NCBI GenBank assembly: GCA_964560885.1
Contig: CAZLNF010000001.1
Span: 1-30,707, forward strand
DNA length: 30,707 nt
Source of the DNA: an uncultured Actinomyces sp.
GTDB lineage: Bacteria > Actinomycetota > Actinomycetes > S36-B12
Direction of reading: 5' to 3'
Shown here piece by piece: positions 1-11,381 of the stretch (positions are counted from its first letter, which is position 1; each line of letters opens with the position of its first letter). Under the pieces are notes generated by a model that was not told the origin of the DNA, did no database searches, and saw nothing but the letters and a program-made list of their open reading frames with translations. A program made the position numbers and the translations under genes.

Positions 1-382
1 GCATGATCTGACCGGCGGTCCACGACACCGTGGCCACCGTCGGGATGCCGAGGCGTTGGTAGACCTCTGCGCGACGGGGGTCGTAGATGCGCGCGACCAC
101 GTGTTCGACTCCGTAGGTCTCACGTGCCACGCGAGCGGCCAGGATGTTGGTGTTGTCGCCGCTGCTCACCGCGGCGAAGGCGTGGGCGCGCTCGATCCCC
201 GCCTTCTCGAGGGTCTCGCGATCGAAGCCGATGCCCTTGACGGTGGAACCCGTGAATCGATGGCCCAGACGCCGGAAGGACTCGGGATCCTGGTCGACGA
301 TGGCCACCGAGTGGCCGGAGTCATCGAGCCGATCCGCGAGGAGTGAGCCGACTCGGCCGCAGCCGAGGATCACCACATGCAC
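1..382 (-). CDS. trkA: TrkA-family potassium uptake regulatory subunit (NAD-binding RCK domain), 3'-truncated by the window edge
   Basis: Not in the supplied ORF track. The minus strand from GTG at 382 reads MHVVILGCGRVGSLLADRLDDSGHSVAIVDQDPESFRRLG...FAAVSSGDNTNILAARVARETYGVEHVVARIYDPRRAEVYQRLGIPTVATV, a GxGxxG Rossmann motif with typical TrkA/CeoB sequence. Confidence 0.92.
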   Translation of the reverse strand, partial: MHVVILGCGRVGSLLADRLDDSGHSVAIVDQDPESFRRLGHRFTGSTVKGIGFDRETLEKAGIERAHAFAAVSSGDNTNILAARVARETYGVEHVVARIYDPRRAEVYQRLGIPTVATVSWTAGQIM

Positions 383-389
383 GCGCCAG

Positions 390-395
390 ACGCTA
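390..395 (-). promoter_or_regulatory. Putative -10 element (TAGCGT) for leaderless trkA
   Basis: TANNNT 7 nt upstream of GTG 382; no SD. Confidence 0.5.
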
Positions 396-449
396 CACGC
401 TGGGCCCCGGGTATGCGGGCCGGTGGTCGGCGTGTGACCGGTGGGGACC

Positions 450-455
450 TAGCAT
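450..455 (+). promoter_or_regulatory. Putative -10 element (TAGCAT) for the leaderless APC permease
   Basis: TANNNT 7 nt upstream of GTG 463. Confidence 0.5.
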
Positions 456-462
456 GCTCTCC

Positions 463-2412
463 GTGCCCGTCGTGGACACCGCGAAGCGGTTCTTCTTCGG
501 TCGCGCCCTGCGCAGTGACCGCATCGGCGAGACCCTGCTCCCGAAGCGCATCGCCCTACCCGTCTTCGCCAGCGACGCCCTGTCGTCCAATGCGTACGCG
601 ACACAGGAAATCCTCATCGTGCTCGCGCTGGGCGGGTTCTCGCTCTACTCCTTCGGCCCCTGGGTTGCCGCGGCCGTCGTGCTCCTCTACTTCGTGGTGG
701 TGGCGTCCTATCGGCAGAACGTCCACGCCTATCCCGGCGGCGGCGGCGACTACACCGTGGTGTCGGAGAATCTCGGACCCCGCTGGGGTGTCTTCACCGC
801 GAGCGCTCTCCTCGTCGACTACACGCTCACGGTCGCGGTGTCGATCTCGGCGGCTGTCGCCAACCTTGGTTCGGTCTTCCCCGTCATCGCCGACCACGCG
901 GCGTGGTGGGCGGTGGGCATCATCGTGATCATCACGCTGATCAACCTGCGAGGGATTCGCGAGTCGGGGATCGCCTTCGCCATCCCGACGTACCTCTTCA
1001 TCGCCTCGATTGTCGTCATGGTCGGCACCGGAATCATCCGCACGGTGATGGGCCAGGACCTCACGGCGGAGAGCGCCGGGTGGGAAATCCTCGCGCAGGA
1101 TGAGGTCACGGGCCTCGCACTCGCCTTCCTCGTCGCCCGCGCGTTCTCGTCCGGCACCACGGCCCTGACGGGGATCGAGGCCATCGCCAACGGCGTCCCC
1201 TCCTTCCGCAAGCCGAAGTCCCGCAACGCGGCGACGACCTTGCTGCTCCTGGGCGTCATCTCGATGGCGATGTTCGCGTCCATCACCTGGCTCGCGCTGT
1301 CGACCGGCGTGAAGGTGACAGAGGATGACGCAGACCTCGCCGGACTGCCCGAGGGGCAGCCGCAGAAGACCGTGATCGTGCAGGTCGCCCAGGCGGTCTT
1401 CGGCGATTGGGGCATCGCGGTCCTGTTGGTCTCCCTCGCGACCGCGCTGATCCTGGCCCTCGCGGCGAACACCGCCTACAACGGATTCCCCGTGCTCGGC
1501 TCGATCCTGGCGCGAGACGGCTACCTGCCGCGTCAACTGCACACGCGTGGCGACCGCCTGTCCTACAGCAACGGCATCATCGTCCTCGCGGGTGCCGCGA
1601 TCGTGCTGGTGATCGTCTTCCAGGCGGACGTGTCGTCGCTCATCCAGCTCTACATCATCGGTGTCTTCGTAGCGTTCACCCTGGGGCAAATCGGGATGCT
1701 CCGGCACTGGAATCGCGAGTTGCGTCGCGGGCCCTCGGCTGACGAGCGGCGAAGGATGCTCCGGTCACGGGCCATCAATGCTCTGGGCGCAGTCCTCACC
1801 GGCATCGTCCTGGCGATCGTGTTGGTGACGAAGTTCCTCCAGGGGGCGTGGATCGTCGTTGTCGCCATGCCGTTGATCTTCCTCATCATGCAGGCCATCC
1901 ACCGCCACTACGACCGGGTGCGCGAGGAGCTTGCGGTGGGCGACGAGGTGCACATCACATTGCCGTCACGCGTGCACGGGATCGTGCTCATCTCCAAGCT
2001 GCACAAGCCCGCGCTGCGGGCTCTTGCGTATGCCCGCGCAACCCGCCACGACACCCTCGAGGCGCTCACCGTGGATGTCGACCCCGCAGACACCGCCGCC
2101 CTGCGCCGCGACTGGGAGCGCCGGGATATCCCGGTGACACTGCGCGTGATCGAGTCTCCCTATCGCGAGATCACCCGTCCCATCGTCGACTACATCAAGC
2201 GCCTGCGACGCGATAGCCCGCGGGATCTCGTCACGGTCTACGTGCCGGAGTACGTGGTGGGTCACTGGTGGGAGCAACTGCTCCACAACCAGTCTGCGCT
2301 GAGGCTCAAGACCCGACTTCTCTTCGCCCCCGGGGTCATGGTCGTGAGCGTTCCCTGGCAGCTGGCGTCGTCCGAGGTTTCCGGCGACGCTGCTGACTGG
2401 CGACAGTCTTAA
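463..2412 (+). CDS. APC-family permease, YdaO/KimA-like (probable K+ transporter) with C-terminal cytoplasmic domain
   Basis: Motifs ALPVFASDALSSNAYA, AYPGGGGDY, ALLVDYTLTVAVS, TALTGIEAIANGVPSFRKP, about 12 hydrophobic segments and a soluble tail (IESPYREIT...VPEYVVGHWWEQLLHNQSALRLK). Start set at GTG 463 from the -10-like TAGCAT at 450-455; ATG 454 is an alternative. Confidence 0.88.
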   Translation: MPVVDTAKRFFFGRALRSDRIGETLLPKRIALPVFASDALSSNAYATQEILIVLALGGFSLYSFGPWVAAAVVLLYFVVVASYRQNVHAYPGGGGDYTVVSENLGPRWGVFTASALLVDYTLTVAVSISAAVANLGSVFPVIADHAAWWAVGIIVIITLINLRGIRESGIAFAIPTYLFIASIVVMVGTGIIRTVMGQDLTAESAGWEILAQDEVTGLALAFLVARAFSSGTTALTGIEAIANGVPSFRKPKSRNAATTLLLLGVISMAMFASITWLALSTGVKVTEDDADLAGLPEGQPQKTVIVQVAQAVFGDWGIAVLLVSLATALILALAANTAYNGFPVLGSILARDGYLPRQLHTRGDRLSYSNGIIVLAGAAIVLVIVFQADVSSLIQLYIIGVFVAFTLGQIGMLRHWNRELRRGPSADERRRMLRSRAINALGAVLTGIVLAIVLVTKFLQGAWIVVVAMPLIFLIMQAIHRHYDRVREELAVGDEVHITLPSRVHGIVLISKLHKPALRALAYARATRHDTLEALTVDVDPADTAALRRDWERRDIPVTLRVIESPYREITRPIVDYIKRLRRDSPRDLVTVYVPEYVVGHWWEQLLHNQSALRLKTRLLFAPGVMVVSVPWQLASSEVSGDAADWRQS

Positions 2413-4328
2413 GCGACGTCCGCTGCTCGCAGCGACGGGCGCACGCCGACGTCACCGTCGAAGAAGGCCTCGTGCCATAGGGCGAGCATGAGCAGGACGA
2501 AGATCTTCCGCGACGCGTCGGCTTCGCCGCTCGCATGGCTGCGCGCCAGGCCCTCCACCACATCCATATCGAGGATCTCCGCCAGGAACGCGCTTCGGCG
2601 AATCGGCGCGAGGACGGCGTCGGGATCCTGAGCGAGCCAGTGGCGGAAGGGGGTGGGGAAGCCGAGCTTGGCCCGCTGCTCCGTGGCATGAGGGATTCGC
2701 CCCCGGAAGGCTCGTCGAAGCAGCCACTTCGTCGTGCCGTCGCGGTACTTCAGGTCGTCGGGGATGGTGGCGCTCACCTCCGCGACACGAGGGTCGAGGT
2801 AGGGCACGCGCAGTTCGAGCGAGTGAGCCATGGTCATGCGATCGGCCTTGGCGAGGATGTCGCCCCTCAGCCAGAAGTTCATATCGACGAGTTGCATGCG
2901 TCGCGACTCCGGTAGCGCGTCGAACCCGGGGTATTCGGCGGCGAGAACATCGGCAGGTCGCACGTGCCCTGCACGCGCGGGATCGCGGAGGAGCCGCCGC
3001 ACCTCGTCAGGACGGAAGACGTAGGCATTGCCGATGTAGCGATCTGCGAAGGGCGTCGTGGCGCGCCGGAGGTAGTTGCGGCCGGGAAAGGCCCGGCGTG
3101 ACCGACCGAGACGGCCCGCGAGGCGGCGCAGAGGCGCGGGCAGCCGGCGTACACGGTCAAGGTCGATGGGCTCCCGGTAGATGCGGTAGCCGCCGAAGAG
3201 CTCATCCGCGCCTTCACCCGAGAGCACCACGGTGACGTGCTCGCGCGCTGCCTGTGCGACGAAGTACAGGGACACCGCTGAGGGGTCCGCGACGGGCTCG
3301 TCGAAGTACCAAGCGATATCGGGGAGGACGCCGAGGTAGTCGGCGAGGTCGACATGGATCTCGTGATGGTCCGTGCCCAGGGAGTCCGCGACCTCGCGGG
3401 CCTCGGCATGCTCGCTCACCGCATCGAAGCCGACCGTGAAGGTCTTGACGGGGTCTAGCCCCTGTGCGCGGCGCTGCTCCTGGACCAGAGTCACCGTGAT
3501 GGCGCTGTCCACCCCGCCGCTCAGGAAGGCGCCGACGGGCACGTCGGCGATGAGGTGGTGCTCGACGGAATCCTCGAGGACGCCGCGCACCTGGTCCTCC
3601 AGCAGAGCCGCGTCGGTGACCGGGCGCGCGAACTCGTAGCGCCAATAGCGCTGGGGTCGGAACTCCGGGTCCGCGAGGTCGACGACCGCGAAATGCCCGG
3701 GCTCGAGCCGGTGGATGCCACGGAAGAAGGTCTGGGGGAGCGGGTTGAACTGGAAGGACAGGTAGTTGACCACCGCGTCCATGTCGATCTCGGGTGTCAC
3801 CTGAGTGTCGACAAGCAGGCACTTGATCTCGGAGGCGAAGGCCGTGACGCGCGCACCGTGATCGGTGTCGACCAGGCGGACGTAGAGGGGCTTGATGCCG
3901 AAGGGGTCTCGGGCGAGGATGAGGCGCTGGCGTGCGGCGTCGTAGATGCAGAAGCCGAACATGCCCCGCAAGCGACGTAGCATGCCGGGGAGATCCTCGC
4001 GGCCCATCTCCTCGTAGAGGCGCAGGATGGTGTCTGTGTCACTGCTGCTCCGGGGTGGGCGGCCCGCCTCGGCAAGCTCGGCATCGAGCTCGCGGTAGTT
4101 GTAGAGCTCGCCGTTGTAGACAATCCCCACGGTGCCGTCGTCACTCCACATGGGCTGGTGGCCACCGGCGATGTCGATGATGGACAGGCGCGTCATCCCG
4201 AAGGCGAATTCGGGGGCGACGAAGGATCCAGAGTCATCGGGGCCCCGGTGATGGATCACGTCGAGCATTGGCCCGATGAGCTGAGAGGTGCGCTCGGTGG
4301 GTCCCAGGACACCGGCGATACCGCACAT
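2409..4328 (-). CDS. asnB: Asparagine synthase (glutamine-hydrolysing) family amidotransferase, AsnB/LtsA type
   Basis: N-terminal MCGIAG (Ntn Cys) at ATG 4328 preceded by the RBS GAAGGAGG; motifs [55 protein letters not shown]. Confidence 0.95.
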   Translation of the reverse strand: MCGIAGVLGPTERTSQLIGPMLDVIHHRGPDDSGSFVAPEFAFGMTRLSIIDIAGGHQPMWSDDGTVGIVYNGELYNYRELDAELAEAGRPPRSSSDTDTILRLYEEMGREDLPGMLRRLRGMFGFCIYDAARQRLILARDPFGIKPLYVRLVDTDHGARVTAFASEIKCLLVDTQVTPEIDMDAVVNYLSFQFNPLPQTFFRGIHRLEPGHFAVVDLADPEFRPQRYWRYEFARPVTDAALLEDQVRGVLEDSVEHHLIADVPVGAFLSGGVDSAITVTLVQEQRRAQGLDPVKTFTVGFDAVSEHAEAREVADSLGTDHHEIHVDLADYLGVLPDIAWYFDEPVADPSAVSLYFVAQAAREHVTVVLSGEGADELFGGYRIYREPIDLDRVRRLPAPLRRLAGRLGRSRRAFPGRNYLRRATTPFADRYIGNAYVFRPDEVRRLLRDPARAGHVRPADVLAAEYPGFDALPESRRMQLVDMNFWLRGDILAKADRMTMAHSLELRVPYLDPRVAEVSATIPDDLKYRDGTTKWLLRRAFRGRIPHATEQRAKLGFPTPFRHWLAQDPDAVLAPIRRSAFLAEILDMDVVEGLARSHASGEADASRKIFVLLMLALWHEAFFDGDVGVRPSLRAADVA

Positions 4329-4479
4329 GCGGCGTGGACCTCCTTCGCGCCCGCGCCATCCGGGCCCCGTCACGCTAACAGGTGCGGAGGGCCAATCCCG
4401 GTCTGTAAGGGGGAGGAAGGGGCTCGCGCGTCGCTGGGTAGTGTTGCCGTGGCGAGACCAACCGAGGGAGGGATGGGTC

Positions 4480-7140
4480 GTGGCAGCGAGTCGGAACAGC
4501 CTGGGAGCGCGCATGACGCTCACCGTCGGCGAGCGCGATTACGAGATCTTCAGGATCGATGCCGTGCCGGGGGCCGAATCCTTGCCCTTCACTCACCGGA
4601 TCCTCTTGGAGAACCTCCTGCGCACGGAGGACGGCGCAAATGTCACCGAGGGTCAGATCCGCGCGCTCGGTTCTTGGCAGGCCGATGCCGAGCCGTCCGA
4701 GGAGATCCAGTTCACGCCCGCTCGCGTGATCATGCAGGACTTCACGGGAGTGCCCGTCGTGGTCGACCTCGCGACGATGCGCGAGGCGGTCGTCGACCTG
4801 GGCGGAGATCCCGCGCGGATTGAGCCGCTCGCCCCTGCTGAACTGGTCATCGACCACAGCGTCATCGCCGACTACTTCGCGCGGCCTGATGCCGCCGATC
4901 TCAATACTGCCCTGGAGTACGAGCGCAATCGTGAGCGCTATCAATTCCTTCGCTGGGGTCAGGGTGCCTTCGAGGAATTCAAGGTGGTGCCTCCCGGCAC
5001 CGGGATCGTCCACCAGGTCAACATCGAGCACCTGGCCCGCGTGATCATGGCGCGCGACGGCCTTGCCTACCCCGACACCGTGGTCGGCACCGATAGCCAC
5101 ACCACGATGGTCAATGGCCTGGGGGTCCTCGGATGGGGCGTGGGCGGCATCGAGGCTGAAGCCGCGATGCTCGGTCAGCCCGTCTCGATGCTGATCCCGC
5201 GAGTCGTGGGCTTCAAGCTCACGGGTGAACTGCCGACGGGCGCCACCGCGACCGATCTCGTGCTCACGATCACGGAGTTGCTACGCAAGCACGGGGTCGT
5301 GGGCAAGTTCGTGGAGTTCTACGGCGAAGGGGTGGGGGCAGTGCCCCTGGCCGATCGGGCGACGATCGGCAACATGAGCCCGGAGTACGGCTCCACCGTC
5401 GCGATCTTCCCCATCGATGCGGCCACGATCGACTACCTCCGCCTGACGGGGCGCTCCGACGAGCAGATTGCACTGGTCGAGGCGTATGCCAAGGCGCAGG
5501 GGCTGTGGCACGACCCTGCACGAGAAGCGCGCTACTCCGAGTACGTCGAACTTGACCTCGGCACCGTCGTCCCGTCGCTCGCGGGCCCCAAGCGCCCCCA
5601 GGACCGAGTGTCCCTGAGCGACGCGAAGGCGTCGTTCGTGAGCGCTCTCGCCGACTACACCCGAGAGCCCGCCGCAGCGGTCGAGACGCAGATCGCTAGC
5701 GAGCCCGTCGAGATCGGCCACGGAGCAGTCGTCATCGCCGCCATTACCTCATGCACCAACACGTCGAATCCGTCCGTCATGATCGGCGCGGGATTGCTCG
5801 CGAAGAAGGCGGTCGAGCGTGGACTCGCGCGCAAGCCCTGGGTGAAGACCACCCTCGGCCCGGGCTCTCAGGTGGTCACGGACTATTACGACCGTGCAGG
5901 TCTCACCCCCTTCCTGGACAAGCTCGGCTTCGAGACGGTGGGCTATGGGTGCACCGTGTGCATCGGCAACTCAGGCCCCCTGATCCCCGAGGTGAGTGCA
6001 GCGGTCAATGAGGCTGATCTCGCGGTGGTCTCGGTCCTGAGCGGCAATCGCAACTTCGAGGGGCGCATCAACCCGGACGTCAAGATGAATTACCTTGCGT
6101 CTCCGCCCCTCGTGGTGGCCTATGCCATCGCGGGGACGATGGACATCGACTTCGCCACGGAGCCGCTCGGGCTCGACCAGGACGGCAAGCCGGTCTTCCT
6201 CGCGGATATCTGGCCCAGCCCCCGAGAGATCCACGAGGTCATCGACGCGAGCATCGACGAGGAGATGTTCGCGGCGCGGTACGCCGATGTCTTCCACGGC
6301 GACGCGCGCTGGCGCGGGCTTCCCACCCCCACGGGTGCTCGTTTCGACTGGGATCCCGAGAGCACGTACGTGCGCAAGGCTCCGTACTTCGACGGCATGC
6401 CGCGAGTGCCAGAGCCCCTGCACGACATCAACGGAGCCCGCGTCCTCCTCAAGCTGGGTGACTCCGTGACCACGGACCACATCAGCCCGGCGGGCAACAT
6501 CAAGCCGGATAGTCCCGCGGGCCGCTATCTGGCAGACCATGGGGTCGCGAGGCCCGATTTCAACTCCTACGGGTCGCGGCGTGGCAACCACGAGGTCATG
6601 ATCCGAGGCACCTTCGCCAACATTCGCCTGCGCAATCACATGCTGCACGATGTCGAAGGCGGCTTCACCGTGGACTTCACGACGCCCGACAACGACGTCG
6701 TGCCCGTCTACGACGCGGCGATGGCCTACGCCCGTCACCACACGCCCCTCGTCGTCCTCGCCGGCAAGGAATACGGCTCAGGTTCAAGCCGGGACTGGGC
6801 AGCGAAGGGCACGGCACTCCTCGGGGTCAAGGCTGTGATTGCCGAGTCCTACGAGCGCATCCATCGCTCCAACCTCATCGGGATGGGTGTGCTCCCGCTG
6901 CAGTTCCCCGACGGCATGAGCGCTGACTCCCTTGGGCTGCAGGGCGATGAGGTCTTCAGTATCCGGGGTATCACGGAGTTCAACGAGGGACGCATCCCGA
7001 GCGTGGTCGATGTCGAGGCAGTGGCGGCCGACGGACGCACAGTGGAGTTCAGCGCTCCAGTCCGAGTCGACACCCCGGGCGAGGCCGATTACTTCCGGCA
7101 CGGCGGCATCCTGCAGTACGTCCTGCGGTCCCTCGTCTAG
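4480..7140 (+). CDS. acnA: Aconitate hydratase A
   Basis: Motifs [82 protein letters not shown] 4480 follows GAGGGAGG. Confidence 0.97.
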   Translation: MAASRNSLGARMTLTVGERDYEIFRIDAVPGAESLPFTHRILLENLLRTEDGANVTEGQIRALGSWQADAEPSEEIQFTPARVIMQDFTGVPVVVDLATMREAVVDLGGDPARIEPLAPAELVIDHSVIADYFARPDAADLNTALEYERNRERYQFLRWGQGAFEEFKVVPPGTGIVHQVNIEHLARVIMARDGLAYPDTVVGTDSHTTMVNGLGVLGWGVGGIEAEAAMLGQPVSMLIPRVVGFKLTGELPTGATATDLVLTITELLRKHGVVGKFVEFYGEGVGAVPLADRATIGNMSPEYGSTVAIFPIDAATIDYLRLTGRSDEQIALVEAYAKAQGLWHDPAREARYSEYVELDLGTVVPSLAGPKRPQDRVSLSDAKASFVSALADYTREPAAAVETQIASEPVEIGHGAVVIAAITSCTNTSNPSVMIGAGLLAKKAVERGLARKPWVKTTLGPGSQVVTDYYDRAGLTPFLDKLGFETVGYGCTVCIGNSGPLIPEVSAAVNEADLAVVSVLSGNRNFEGRINPDVKMNYLASPPLVVAYAIAGTMDIDFATEPLGLDQDGKPVFLADIWPSPREIHEVIDASIDEEMFAARYADVFHGDARWRGLPTPTGARFDWDPESTYVRKAPYFDGMPRVPEPLHDINGARVLLKLGDSVTTDHISPAGNIKPDSPAGRYLADHGVARPDFNSYGSRRGNHEVMIRGTFANIRLRNHMLHDVEGGFTVDFTTPDNDVVPVYDAAMAYARHHTPLVVLAGKEYGSGSSRDWAAKGTALLGVKAVIAESYERIHRSNLIGMGVLPLQFPDGMSADSLGLQGDEVFSIRGITEFNEGRIPSVVDVEAVAADGRTVEFSAPVRVDTPGEADYFRHGGILQYVLRSLV

Positions 7141-7142
7141 CG

Positions 7143-7496
7143 ATGCGTCCGCCGGGATGGCCCGCGGAGGTTGCCGACCCTGAGGACGTCGCATTCCCGG
7201 ACACCGCCGTGCGCTGGATGTGGGAGATCTCCAGCCTTGAGCGATCCCCGGCGTCGGTCTGGGCCCGGCACCCCAGGGCGCTCGCCTTTCGTGTGGCGTG
7301 TGACCTGGATGCGCGGATCGAGGGCGCGCGCCGCGCGTACTCCCACGTGCGCGTCGCCCTCGTCGATGCTGGGGTGGACCCCGAGGAGGCGCTCCGGGCG
7401 TTGGAATCCGAGGCGGCGGATCTGCAGCGGCTCCAGCGCGAAGTGACCTTGGTGGGCCAGGCCCTAGAGGGTCGTCGATGGCAGGCGCGCCTCTGA
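7143..7496 (+). CDS. Conserved actinobacterial hypothetical protein (117 aa)
   Basis: Starts 2 nt after the acnA stop and fills the acnA-dxs gap. The sequence (RPPGWP...RHPRALA...ALEGRRWQARL) resembles, from memory, small helical actinomycete proteins found beside acnA/dxs. Confidence 0.72.
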   Translation: MRPPGWPAEVADPEDVAFPDTAVRWMWEISSLERSPASVWARHPRALAFRVACDLDARIEGARRAYSHVRVALVDAGVDPEEALRALESEAADLQRLQREVTLVGQALEGRRWQARL

Positions 7497-7576
7497 CGTG
7501 TGGAGACGTCCCGCGGCGCTTAGACTGCGGGGGTTGAGGGCGCCTCGGTGGCGCACTGGCGAGAGGCGAGGGAAAC

Positions 7577-9505
7577 ATGGGTCTCCTTGAGGGCATCACC
7601 TCGCCCGATGACCTGCGCGACCTCCCTGACGATTGCCTGCCGGCCCTCGCCGACGAGATCCGGGCATTTCTCGTCCAGCAGGTGTCCGCCACCGGTGGCC
7701 ACCTAGGCCCCAATCTCGGCGTCGTCGAGATCACGCTCGCCCTGCACCGTGTCTTCGACTCGCCGCGCGACGTCATCCTCTGGGACACCGGCCACCAGGC
7801 ATACGTCCACAAGATGGTCACCGGACGCTGGCGCGAGTTCGACCGGTTGCGCAAGGAAGGCGGGCTCTCCGGTTATCCGTCGCGAGCCGAGTCCGAGCAT
7901 GACGTGATCGAGAACTCCCATGCCTCCACAGCGCTGTCGTACGCGGACGGGATCGCCAAGGCCTTCGAGCTTCAGGGGGAGCTCACCGGGAGTGAGGCGC
8001 GCCACGTGATTGCCGTCGTCGGGGATGGCTCCCTCACAGGCGGGATGGCATGGGAGGCGCTCAACAACATTGCGGCGTCGGATCGGCCCCTGGTCATCCT
8101 GGTCAACGACAACGAGCGGTCCTACTCGCCCACGATCGGTGGTCTCGCGCACCATCTCGCGACGCTGCGCACCACGCAGGGGTATGAGCGGTTTCTTCAG
8201 TGGGGGCGACGCACCCTGCAGCGCACGCCCGTGGTCGGCGCACCCGTCTACGAGGCGCTCCACGGCATGAAGAAAGGCCTCAAGGACATCGTCGCGCCGC
8301 AGGGAATGTTCGAGGATCTGGGCCTGAAGTACGTCGGTCCCATCGACGGACATGACACCGTCGAGGTGGAGCATGCGCTGCGCCGCGCGCGCGACTTCCC
8401 CGGTCCTGTCGTCGTCCACGTCATCACCGAGAAGGGTCGCGGATACGCCCCCGCCGAGCAGGACGAGGCGGATCGCTTCCATGGCATCGGCGTCATCGAT
8501 CCCGAGACGGGCCAGCCGCTGAAGGCGTCGGGTCAGACCTGGACCTCCGTCTTCGCGGATGAATTGGTCAGCCTCGGCCAGGAGGATGAGCGCGTCGTCG
8601 CGATCACCGCTGCGATGCTCGGCCCCACGGGGCTGGATCGCTTCGCAAAGCGCTTCCCGGAGCGCACCTTCGATGTCGGCATCGCGGAGCAGCACGCGGC
8701 GACCAGCGCCGCCGGTATGGCATACGCCGGTCTCCACCCCGTGGTGGCGGTCTACGCCACCTTCCTCAATCGCGCCATCGACCAGGTGCTCATGGACTGC
8801 GCCATGCATCGCGCCGGAGTGACCTTCGTGCTGGATCGGGCGGGCGTCACCGGCGACGACGGCGCCAGCCATAACGGCATTTGGGACATGTCGTTGCTAG
8901 GCGTCGTCCCGGGACTGCGACTCGCCGCTCCGCGTGATGCGGTGGCCTTGCGCGAGCAACTGCGCGAGGCCGTGGCCGTGACGGATGCGCCGACCGTGGT
9001 GCGCTTCCCCAAGGGAGCGGTCCCGGAGGAGATTCCGGCGCTGCGCCGCGTGGACGGCATCGACATCCTTCGCGAGTCCGATCAGTGCGATGTCCTCATC
9101 GTGGCCGTGGGTGCCTTCGCGACCCTGGGACTCGATGTCGCTGACGCACTCAGCGCCCAGGGGATCAGCGCCACGGTGGTGGATCCACGGTGGGCTCTGC
9201 CCTTGGCGTCCGGGCTCGCCGCGCTCGCAAGCGATGCCGATCTCGTCGTGGTCCTCGAGGACAACATCAGAGCCGGTGGCATCGGCACGAGCCTGCGCAC
9301 GCTGCTCGAGGACGCCGGAGTTTCGACACCTGCCCTGACCTTCGGCATGCCCCCGGAATTCCCCGAGCACGGTCCGCGAGCAAAGGTCCTCTTGCGCGCT
9401 GGCCTCAGCGCGCAAGAGATCGCGCGCCGGGTCACCGAGAGGGTGGCCGCGCCGCTGCCTGATCTGTCCGACAGCATCGCCAACCTCCAGGACCCTCGAG
9501 GCTGA
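7577..9505 (+). CDS. dxs: 1-deoxy-D-xylulose-5-phosphate synthase
   Basis: Motifs [73 protein letters not shown]. Confidence 0.97.
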   Translation: MGLLEGITSPDDLRDLPDDCLPALADEIRAFLVQQVSATGGHLGPNLGVVEITLALHRVFDSPRDVILWDTGHQAYVHKMVTGRWREFDRLRKEGGLSGYPSRAESEHDVIENSHASTALSYADGIAKAFELQGELTGSEARHVIAVVGDGSLTGGMAWEALNNIAASDRPLVILVNDNERSYSPTIGGLAHHLATLRTTQGYERFLQWGRRTLQRTPVVGAPVYEALHGMKKGLKDIVAPQGMFEDLGLKYVGPIDGHDTVEVEHALRRARDFPGPVVVHVITEKGRGYAPAEQDEADRFHGIGVIDPETGQPLKASGQTWTSVFADELVSLGQEDERVVAITAAMLGPTGLDRFAKRFPERTFDVGIAEQHAATSAAGMAYAGLHPVVAVYATFLNRAIDQVLMDCAMHRAGVTFVLDRAGVTGDDGASHNGIWDMSLLGVVPGLRLAAPRDAVALREQLREAVAVTDAPTVVRFPKGAVPEEIPALRRVDGIDILRESDQCDVLIVAVGAFATLGLDVADALSAQGISATVVDPRWALPLASGLAALASDADLVVVLEDNIRAGGIGTSLRTLLEDAGVSTPALTFGMPPEFPEHGPRAKVLLRAGLSAQEIARRVTERVAAPLPDLSDSIANLQDPRG

Positions 9506-10738
9506 TCACTCGTCGTCAGGTGGCGGTGCCGCCTCGACGAGGGCTGTCGCACACAGGTCGACCTGCCACGCACGAGCCCCTGAGCGGGTGAGTGCTGAGC
9601 CCACGGAATCGACCGTGACGGGCTCCGGCGGATCCCAGGCCCAACGACGTACCGCCTCCGGAGGAACGAGGTTCTCCAGCGGCATCGAGTGCGCTTCAGC
9701 GATATCTGCCAGGGCGGCGCGCACGCGCGCGAGCCGGTCGGCGGCCACCGGGTCACGATCCCGCCAGACCCGTGGTGGTGGGGGGCCGTCGCTGGCCAGG
9801 GCGGGGGCTGGCAGCGCGTCATCGGGGAGTGCCAGCGCCGCCGCTACCGCGCGCCACCACCGATCCAGGTGCTTGGCGCCGTGGCCCTTCCGGAACTCCG
9901 GGAGCGCCGCAAGGGCTTCGCGATCGCCGGGCTGCGCGGTGGCCGCTGCCACGATGGCCGTATCCGACAGCACACGTCCCGGGCTCACGTCGATACGCCG
10001 CGCCAGCTCATCCCGTGACTCCCACAGGGACCGGACGATCGCGAGGGGTCGTCGACCTCGCACCTTGTGCATGCCCGAGGTGCGCCGCCAAGGATCACGG
10101 CGCGGAGCCGCCGGGGGCTGATGGAGGACAGCGCTGAACTCCTCTTCTGCCCACGCGGACTTCCCTGAAGACACGAGGTCAGCCGACAGGATGTCGTGGA
10201 GATCCACGAGGACCTCGACATCTAGCGCGGCGTAGCGCAGCCAGTCATCGGGCAGGGGCCGGCGCGACCAGTCCGCGGCACCGTGTCCCTTGGCGAGGTG
10301 CATGCCGAGCTCACTCTCGACCAACGGACCCAGGCCGACACGGTCGCGACCCAACAGGCGTGCGGCAAGTTCGGTGTCGAAGATGCGCTCGGGGACCAGC
10401 CCGACATCGCGCATGCAGGGCAGGTCCTGTGATGCCGCATGAAGGATCCAGGTGGTGTCGCCAAGGCGCGCCGCCAGGTGACTGAGGTCGTCGAATGCTG
10501 TGGGATCGACGAGCCAGGTGCCGCCACCGCGGCGATAGAACTGGACCAGGTAGGCGCGTTGGCCGTACTTGAAGCCCGATGCCCGCTCGGCATCCACCGC
10601 GATGGGGCCGGAGCCCCGTGACAGCGCGTCGGCAGCGCGGTCGAGGTCGGCTGGCGTCGACACCACGGGGGGGATGCCCTCCAGGAGTTCGACGGAGGGA
10701 AGCTCGGGCGTCGTGTCGGGGTCGTCTGCGGAAGTCAC
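9506..10738 (-). CDS. rnd: Ribonuclease D (3'-5' exonuclease + HRDC domain)
   Basis: DEDDy motifs VDAERASG, LHAASQDL, FDTELAARLL, YAALDVE; HRDC-like region after WRRTSGMHKVRGRR; lies next to DUF3000 and dxs as is typical in actinomycetes. Confidence 0.88.
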   Translation of the reverse strand: MTSADDPDTTPELPSVELLEGIPPVVSTPADLDRAADALSRGSGPIAVDAERASGFKYGQRAYLVQFYRRGGGTWLVDPTAFDDLSHLAARLGDTTWILHAASQDLPCMRDVGLVPERIFDTELAARLLGRDRVGLGPLVESELGMHLAKGHGAADWSRRPLPDDWLRYAALDVEVLVDLHDILSADLVSSGKSAWAEEEFSAVLHQPPAAPRRDPWRRTSGMHKVRGRRPLAIVRSLWESRDELARRIDVSPGRVLSDTAIVAAATAQPGDREALAALPEFRKGHGAKHLDRWWRAVAAALALPDDALPAPALASDGPPPPRVWRDRDPVAADRLARVRAALADIAEAHSMPLENLVPPEAVRRWAWDPPEPVTVDSVGSALTRSGARAWQVDLCATALVEAAPPPDDE

Positions 10739-10748
10739 GATGGCGGTC

Positions 10749-11318
10749 TCAGGCGCCCCGGCGCGGGGGTGCCAAGGCAGAAACCCCCGGCGGCAGGGGG
10801 AGCAGGCCGGCCGCCTGGGCCAGGGCTGCCGCCCACGCTTGCGCCTCGAGGCCCATGTCTTCGGGATCGCCCAGGGGTGTCCAGGAGGCCCGAATCTCTA
10901 TGGACCCGGTCACGTCACGCTCACCGAGGGCGCCGAACGACTCGCTCATCACGCGGGTCACGGTGCCCCCCAGTGCCGTGCGGGGTCCACCCTCAGCCTC
11001 GAGGGCCTCGAGGAGCCAGGCCCAGGCGACACCGGTGAGCAGGGGGTCCGTGGCGAGGTCAGGCTCGAGGAGGGCACGCAGGAAGACCACGGCTCTGAAG
11101 GTCCCCTCCCAGGCGTCGACGCCGTCCGGGTCATGAAGGAGCACGAAGCGCCCGGAGGCCAATTCCTCATCGTCCTCGACGAAGTCGGCAGTGAGGGCCA
11201 CGGCGTGCGGGGCCAGGCGCTGTGGGGCGGGCCCCTCGTCGATGGTGAGTTCAGGTCGGAACCGCACCGCGCGCAGGCTTGCGAGCGCCTGATCGAAGGT
11301 GTTGGCGCCCGTGCTCAC
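10749..11318 (-). CDS. DUF3000 family protein
   Basis: Motifs PAPQRLAPHA, SGRFVLLHDPDG..AWEG, DPLL..VAWAWL, GTVTRVMSESFG, EIRASWTP. Confidence 0.85.
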   Translation of the reverse strand: MSTGANTFDQALASLRAVRFRPELTIDEGPAPQRLAPHAVALTADFVEDDEELASGRFVLLHDPDGVDAWEGTFRAVVFLRALLEPDLATDPLLTGVAWAWLLEALEAEGGPRTALGGTVTRVMSESFGALGERDVTGSIEIRASWTPLGDPEDMGLEAQAWAAALAQAAGLLPLPPGVSALAPPRRGA

Positions 11319-11324
11319 CTTGGC

Positions 11325-11330
11325 AGGGTA
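11325..11330 (-). promoter_or_regulatory. Putative -10 element (TACCCT) for leaderless DUF3000
   Basis: 6 nt upstream of GTG 11318. Confidence 0.5.
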
Positions 11331-11381
11331 CGACGGGGTGGGAGCCAGCAGGCGCTCCCACGCCGCGCCGCCTCCGGGGTC

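Noticed and set aside
556-1707. Long antisense ORFs over the APC permease (also 7703..8872 over dxs, 25725..26720 over the LLM gene, 22194..22985 over the MFS gene)
   Set aside because: Same shadow-ORF artefact; the translations are low-complexity Arg/Gly/Asp/His-rich text opposite well-supported genes.
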